Shown one piece after another: positions 27,020 to 32,000 of a stretch of DNA of 32,000 nucleotides (positions are counted from its first letter, which is position 1; each line of letters opens with the position of its first letter). The notes below the pieces were generated by a model. It was not told the DNA's origin. It saw only the letters and a list, made by a program, of their open reading frames with translations, and made no database searches. The DNA lies in NCBI GenBank assembly GCA_965224195.1, contig OZ245040.1:287312-319311 (forward strand), written 5' to 3'. A program made the position numbers and the translations under genes. Origin of the DNA: Nitrosopumilus sp. GTDB lineage: Archaea; Thermoproteota; Nitrososphaeria; Nitrososphaerales; Nitrosopumilaceae.

Positions 27020-27766
27020 TTGAGTGATATGATGATTTTAGGTTGGAAAAAGAGATACTATGAGATTTTAAAAGAGTTCAAGTATAGTCAAAAAAAGGAC
27101 AAAGAATCATCCATTGTTTTAAATTCAATTTTAAAAAAAACTAATGTTAACAAAAAAATCATTGATTTAATCAAAGGGAAAACAGTTTTGATAATTGGTT
27201 CTGGACCATCTTTAGCATCAGCCATTCCAAAGTTAAAAAATTATAAAAAAATAGTCAAAATTGCTGCAGACAGTTCAATAAAACTACTAGTAACAAATGA
27301 GATCATACCAGACATCATTGTGACAGATTTAGATGGAGATCTAAAAATGCTTGAAAAAATTGGAAAAACTAACTCAATCTTTGTTGTACATGCACATGGG
27401 GATAACATTGAAAAATTAGATTTTGTAAAAAAATTTAAAAATTGTATTGGAACAACCCAATCTACACCTTTTGATAAAATAGAAAACTACGGAGGTTTTA
27501 CAGATGGAGATAGAGGAGTTTTTCTAGCAAATCATTTTCAAGCAAAAAAAATTATTTTGATGGGAATGGATTTTGGAGATCGAATTGGAAAATATTCAGA
27601 AACTAGAAGATCAGATAGAAAAATAAAATTGATGAAATTAAAAAGAGGTGAATCTCTTTTGAAATGGCTATCATCCTTTACAAAGGCAGAATTGTTTACC
27701 ACGTCAAAGTCAATTGCAGGGTTTAAAAAAATATCATACAAAGAACTGGATATTATAATTACCTAG
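27020..27766 (+). CDS. mptE: MptE-like (DUF115) 6-hydroxymethyl-7,8-dihydropterin pyrophosphokinase
   Basis: IIGSGPSL, VTDLDGD and VHAHGDN motifs. The start may be the ATG at 27029. Confidence 0.7.
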   Translation: MSDMMILGWKKRYYEILKEFKYSQKKDKESSIVLNSILKKTNVNKKIIDLIKGKTVLIIGSGPSLASAIPKLKNYKKIVKIAADSSIKLLVTNEIIPDIIVTDLDGDLKMLEKIGKTNSIFVVHAHGDNIEKLDFVKKFKNCIGTTQSTPFDKIENYGGFTDGDRGVFLANHFQAKKIILMGMDFGDRIGKYSETRRSDRKIKLMKLKRGESLLKWLSSFTKAELFTTSKSIAGFKKISYKELDIIIT

Positions 27767-27801
27767 AATGCATTTAATACCCATTCCTCATTAATCAAAT
27801 T

Positions 27802-28371
27802 ATGAAATTCTCAGAGGAGCAAATAAAAGAAATTGTTGCTTTGAAAGAAAGTTTGATCGAACAAATTGACAAACATCAGGAAGGAATAGAGATGTTAGAA
27901 AAAAATATCACAGTTTTAGACTTGTTTCTAAAAGACTCTAGTTTTATCAAGGCATCTCAATTAGAAATAAAAAAAGAAGTTGAACCAAAACCTAAGATTG
28001 TAGAAAAACCAATAGAAAATTCAATTCCAATTAAAAGAGTCAATGATGGCAAGATTATTGCCAACGCTTTTGTCACACCAGATCAGATCTCCATAGTTTT
28101 AGATAATGAAATTATAATTAATGCAGATACTCCACCGTTTAAATCATTCTTTTTAGATAGAATAATTGGTGAAATGAAAAAGAAAGATGTTGCTGAAGCA
28201 GAAAATGGAAAAATCCAAAAAGAATCAGTGATAGATTATATTGTAAATAAAAATGGGGCAGACATTAGAGAAATTATAATTAAAAATTATAGACAAAAAG
28301 AAAGAGTTAATGAATTAATTAACACAGCAGGCTGGTCATTAACTAGAATGCTTGAGAACATAAACAAGTGA
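27802..28371 (+). CDS. Hypothetical protein (N-terminal coiled coil)
   Basis: 189-aa ORF located 35 nt after mptE and 4 nt before guaA. I recognise no family. Confidence 0.5.
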   Translation: MKFSEEQIKEIVALKESLIEQIDKHQEGIEMLEKNITVLDLFLKDSSFIKASQLEIKKEVEPKPKIVEKPIENSIPIKRVNDGKIIANAFVTPDQISIVLDNEIIINADTPPFKSFFLDRIIGEMKKKDVAEAENGKIQKESVIDYIVNKNGADIREIIIKNYRQKERVNELINTAGWSLTRMLENINK

Positions 28372-28375
28372 TAGT

Positions 28376-29899
28376 ATGGATAAAATTGTAGTTTTAGATT
28401 TTGGTTCTCAGTATAGCCATTTGATTTGTAGAAGAATTAGAGAATTTTCAGTTTATGCAGAACTTGTTCCATATGATATTAGTTATGAAGAATTACAAAA
28501 ACTAAATCCTACAGGAATAATTTTTTCTGGTGGTCCATCAAGTGTGTATAGTTTAGATGCTCCAATGCCAGAAAATAAAATTTTTGATATGAATTTGCCA
28601 CTACTTGGAATTTGTTATGGACATCAATTGATTGTAAATAAATTTGGAGGAAAAGTAAAAAGAGCAAACAAAGAATACGGTTCATCATTACTAACAATTG
28701 ATAGTGATAAAGATCTTCTAAACGGAGTTGGGGAATCGGTAAGAGCATGGATGAGTCATGGTGATGAAGCAGAGCAAATTCCTGAAGGCTTCAAAGTAAT
28801 TGGGCATACTGAAGGTGCAAAAGCAGCTGCAATTGCATTTGAAGAAAAATCAATTTATGGTATTCAATTTCATCCAGAAGTAGTACATACTGAGCAAGGT
28901 ACAGAGATTTTAAAAAATTTTGTTTTGAAGGTTTGTGATGCAAAACAAGACTGGACCATGGAGGGTTTTATCGATACAGCAGTTGAAAAAATTTCAAAAA
29001 TTGAAGGAAATGTACTATGTGGGGTAAGTGGTGGAATAGACTCCACAGTAGTGGCACTGCTAATTCACAAAGCAATTGGAGATAAGCTAAAATGTGTTTT
29101 TGTAAATAATGGCTTGTTACGAGTAAATGAAGAAAAAGAAGTTGAGGAAATGTTTAAAGATAATTTCAAAGTAAATTTCACATCAGTAAATGCAGCAGAA
29201 ATATTTCTTGAAAAATTAAAGGGAACAGAAGATCCCGAGAAAAAAAGAAAAATTGTTGGAGAAGAATTTGTTAGAGTTTTTACAGAATTTGCTGAAGGGA
29301 ATGGACCTTTCAAATGGTTAGCTCAAGGTACATTATATCCAGATGTAATTGAGAGTGGGGTATCAAAAGGACCGGCAGCAGTAATCAAATCTCATCATAA
29401 TGTAGGAGGTCTACCTGATTGGCTGAATTTAGAAATTTTAGAACCGTTAAGAGAATTGTATAAAGACGAAGTAAGAAAAATTGCTAAAATTCTTGAAGTT
29501 CCTGAAAAACTTTTCATGAGACATCCATTCCCAGGTCCCGGACTATCAGTTAGAATAATCGGAGAAGTAACTCCAACAAAGCTTGAGATTTGTAAAGTTG
29601 CAAGTAAGATTGTAGAAGAAGAGTTGATGGATGCAGGATTGTATGAAAAAGTATGGCAAGCATATGCAGCAGTTGGCGATGATAGAGCAGTGGGAGTTGT
29701 TGGTGATGAACGCAGATATGGAAATATAGTCATGATCAGAGTTGTAGATTCAGTTGATGCAATGACTGCAGATTGGACAAGATTACCACATGGATTATTA
29801 GAAAAGATGAGTAATAGAATAACTAACGAAATTGAAGATGTAACTTGGGTCACCTATACCATTTCAAGTAAACCACCAGCAACCATTGAACCTCAATAG
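28376..29899 (+). CDS. guaA: GMP synthase (glutamine-hydrolysing), fused GATase and ATP-PPase
   Basis: GICYGHQL, FHPEV, the SGGIDS P-loop and the C-terminal dimerisation domain ending KPPATIEPQ. Confidence 0.93.
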   Translation: MDKIVVLDFGSQYSHLICRRIREFSVYAELVPYDISYEELQKLNPTGIIFSGGPSSVYSLDAPMPENKIFDMNLPLLGICYGHQLIVNKFGGKVKRANKEYGSSLLTIDSDKDLLNGVGESVRAWMSHGDEAEQIPEGFKVIGHTEGAKAAAIAFEEKSIYGIQFHPEVVHTEQGTEILKNFVLKVCDAKQDWTMEGFIDTAVEKISKIEGNVLCGVSGGIDSTVVALLIHKAIGDKLKCVFVNNGLLRVNEEKEVEEMFKDNFKVNFTSVNAAEIFLEKLKGTEDPEKKRKIVGEEFVRVFTEFAEGNGPFKWLAQGTLYPDVIESGVSKGPAAVIKSHHNVGGLPDWLNLEILEPLRELYKDEVRKIAKILEVPEKLFMRHPFPGPGLSVRIIGEVTPTKLEICKVASKIVEEELMDAGLYEKVWQAYAAVGDDRAVGVVGDERRYGNIVMIRVVDSVDAMTADWTRLPHGLLEKMSNRITNEIEDVTWVTYTISSKPPATIEPQ

Positions 29900-30000
29900 T
29901 GATTGTAATGTAATATGAAAAAATCTGTGATGAAATTTTAGAATGTGATAACGATATTCGATATGTTGGAGTATATGATTATGGAGATCTTTATGATAAA

Positions 30001-30264
30001 ATGAAACCTGGACTAAAAAGTCATTTATCAAGGGAAGAAACTGAAATGTCATTATCTCAAGCAGTGTATCGTTGGTCTACACGTAAGAAAACTGCAGATA
30101 AAATTGGAAAACCAATTTATGCACTAGCAAAATATGAAAAAATTTATCGGGTGACAATTCCAATTGGTAGTGCAGGATTAATTTTGATTAGTATTGAATT
30201 AAATGCAGATGTAAATATGATTGTAGAAAAATTTTTAACAATTAAAAACAAATATTCTTCCTAA
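30001..30264 (+). CDS. Hypothetical small protein; probably longer (frame open from 29914, with an ATG at 29915 one base out of frame)
   Basis: 87-aa ORF from an internal ATG. The 29 upstream in-frame codons (YEKICDEILECDNDIRYVGVYDYGDLYDK) look protein-like but contain no start codon. Confidence 0.55.
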   Translation: MKPGLKSHLSREETEMSLSQAVYRWSTRKKTADKIGKPIYALAKYEKIYRVTIPIGSAGLILISIELNADVNMIVEKFLTIKNKYSS

Positions 30265-30267
30265 TTT

Positions 30268-30537
30268 GTGATTGATATGGATTTTCATGTTTTTGACTCA
30301 TATGTAAAAGCAAAAGATGGACATACAATGCATTTTGATGTTGTTACAGATACAAGTAATTTAGAAAAGGCAATTTCCTATGCAAAAGATTGGCTAAAAT
30401 CTATCGGTGAAGAATCATCAACAATTACTGCAAATGAATGTAAATTTTGTCATACTCAATCAGTACCAGAAGATATGGAGATTGAAATAATGATTATTGG
30501 ATATTCTATTTCAAAGATGGAAGGATGTCCGAATTAA
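30268..30537 (+). CDS. DUF2024-like small protein
   Basis: HVFDSYVKAKDGHTMHFDV...ECKFCH...KMEGC matches my memory of the DUF2024 family. The start is probably the ATG at 30277. Confidence 0.6.
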   Translation: MIDMDFHVFDSYVKAKDGHTMHFDVVTDTSNLEKAISYAKDWLKSIGEESSTITANECKFCHTQSVPEDMEIEIMIIGYSISKMEGCPN

Positions 30538-31157
30538 TCTACATCAAGAATTTCTTCTGAAATTAAATATTCTATTGCAGATAACAGATCATTTTCTGAA
30601 ATTGTTTCGTCTGCATACCATATAAATATGTCATGTACCCATGCAGGGATTTTAGATTGTTCTAAAGTTTCAGTTTCTAATGATTCAACTTCAGTTTCTT
30701 CAGATGGTTCTAATTCCTCAATATCCTGAGTAACAATTACAGGTTTACTAGATTGAATTAAAGAAAATGTTGAAACTGCTTCAGATGGACCAGACACAAA
30801 ATAAATTCTCATTACATAATCACCAACAATGTTTGTTTCAACATCACCAGGTTCTAGATAATGTAAAATCTGAACTTCAAACAAGTTATCCTCTATAACT
30901 TTAGGAAAAATTTCAGTAGTTTTAATAATTTCTCCATCACTTAATCTAGATATTTCCATAAAGTGTTAACCGTGTTGTGGATCATAATTTTGAATTTGGA
31001 TGTGTGCTCGAATCATTTGTGGATTTTTATCAAGATCAATAGTATCTCCTGTAGTGAATTCTATAGTAATAACAGGTAGTTCTTCTAATCCATAAATAGA
31101 ATTTACTTGAAATAGCATAACAATTGAGAAAAGTCCAAGTATTATTTTTGAAATCAA
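30534..31157 (-). pseudogene. Secreted acidic protein interrupted by one in-frame TAA (30966-30968)
   Basis: ORF 30966-31157 carries a signal peptide (MISKIILGLFSIVMLFQVNSIYG). ORF 30534-30959 is in the same frame, separated only by TAA plus two codons. Confidence 0.55.
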
Positions 31158-31240
31158 TTTTTATCTGAAATTAATTAAATTAGATTGGTTATATCTTTAC
31201 TAGACGATTTTTTTGACAAATAAATTCCATTTTGGAAATA

Positions 31241-32000
31241 TTAGTTAAGCATACATGCCCCAAAAACACCTGCTGAATCACCTAATTTATTTTTCAAAAT
31301 AGGTGTATCAACCAAGTCAGAAAATATTTTATCATAAACAGATTTTTTTCCTTCAGTATACAAAAAATCAATGTTTGACAAACCACCACCTAAAACAATC
31401 GCGTCAGGATCTAAAATATCAATAACATTTGCAAGACCATATCCAAAATTTTCTAAGAATTCATTTTTCCATTTTTGCCAATTATCATTATCTATACTAG
31501 TAAGAATTTCAGGAAGAGATTGGGATTTTCCTGTCAATTTAGTCCAGTAATTTTCCAATGAAGGACCGCTAATGTATGTCTCCACGCACCCAGTTTTTCC
31601 ACAATAACACAAATTTCCATTTCGATGTAATGTATGATGACCCCACTCACCTCCAATGTTTGTTCTTCCCGGATAGAGTTTTTTATTAATCACTATTCCA
31701 CCGCTAACACCAGTTCCTAGTATTACACCAAAAACTAAATTAAAATCCATAGCAGTACCCAATGTTGCTTCAGCCAATGCAAAACAATTAGCATCGTTTT
31801 CCATAGAAATTTTTTTATCGAGTTTATTTTCTAAATCTTCTTTTAGTGATTTACCAATCAAACATTGAGTATTACTATTTTTAATTAATCCAGTTTGTTT
31901 AGAAATTGCACCAGGAGTACAAATTCCTAATGAATAATCAGAAATATTTTCAGATATTTCTATCACTAAAGATGAGATAGAGTCTAAAATCTTTTGATAA
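31241..32000 (-). CDS. ROK-family sugar kinase (glucokinase / N-acetylglucosamine kinase-like), 5'-partial at the window edge
   Basis: The ROK signature is CYCGKTGCVETYISG. GGEWGH and LGTGVSGG are also present. The reading frame stays open upstream to position 32000. Confidence 0.8.
   Translation of the reverse strand, partial: YQKILDSISSLVIEISENISDYSLGICTPGAISKQTGLIKNSNTQCLIGKSLKEDLENKLDKKISMENDANCFALAEATLGTAMDFNLVFGVILGTGVSGGIVINKKLYPGRTNIGGEWGHHTLHRNGNLCYCGKTGCVETYISGPSLENYWTKLTGKSQSLPEILTSIDNDNWQKWKNEFLENFGYGLANVIDILDPDAIVLGGGLSNIDFLYTEGKKSVYDKIFSDLVDTPILKNKLGDSAGVFGACMLN

Noticed and set aside
1-32000. Scan for CRISPR arrays, rRNA genes, inteins, tandem repeats and known defence-gene signatures
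   Set aside because: By eye, no spaced direct repeats, rRNA-like sequence, protein-length anomalies in guaA/guaB/his genes, or nuclease/ATPase defence-type ORFs were seen. Intergenic regions are short (mostly under 200 bp) and AT-rich.

Overview
The window reads as a chromosomal segment of an AT-rich (about one-third GC) archaeon, most plausibly a Nitrosopumilus-like ammonia-oxidising thaumarchaeon. Archaeal markers are TiaS, Dph2, Csl4, an MptE-type HPPK and an initiator tRNA with A1:U72. Genes are tightly packed, with many 1-4 nt overlaps.

About 90% is housekeeping:
- a complete minus-strand his operon, hisG-D-C-[HAD]-B-H-A-F-I (7171-14548)
- a class-II-type HMG-CoA reductase and a PQQ-type sugar dehydrogenase
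- tRNA-iMet, tiaS and dph2
- a TPR protein and a Ccr-like MDR reductase
- csl4 and pheA
- guaB, folP, mptE and guaA
- a partial ROK kinase

The only clearly accessory stretch is 236-3642. Next to a tRNA-Leu(UAA) lies a foldback-like structure of two perfectly identical, inverted 589-bp copies of the 3' part of a DDE transposase gene. They enclose an 820-bp higher-GC spacer carrying a 47-aa ribbon-helix-helix gene absent from the ORF track. The right arm truncates a secreted surface-protein gene.

The most interesting non-mobile observations are:
1. A SAMP/MoaD-like ubiquitin-fold domain (ending AGG) is fused in one ORF to an E1-like MoeB/UbaA adenylyltransferase. That ORF overlaps by 1 nt a threonine-synthase-family PLP enzyme, suggesting a protein-thiocarboxylate sulfur-transfer module.
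2. A 324-aa large-cap HAD phosphatase is translationally coupled inside the his operon and is a candidate for the otherwise missing histidinol-phosphate phosphatase.
3. Three ORF junctions would each be repaired by adding exactly one base, and one gene has an in-frame TAA. These are either sequencing errors or recent pseudogenisation.

I found no CRISPR array, rRNA or recognisable defence system. All homology statements rest on motif recognition by eye, not on database searches.
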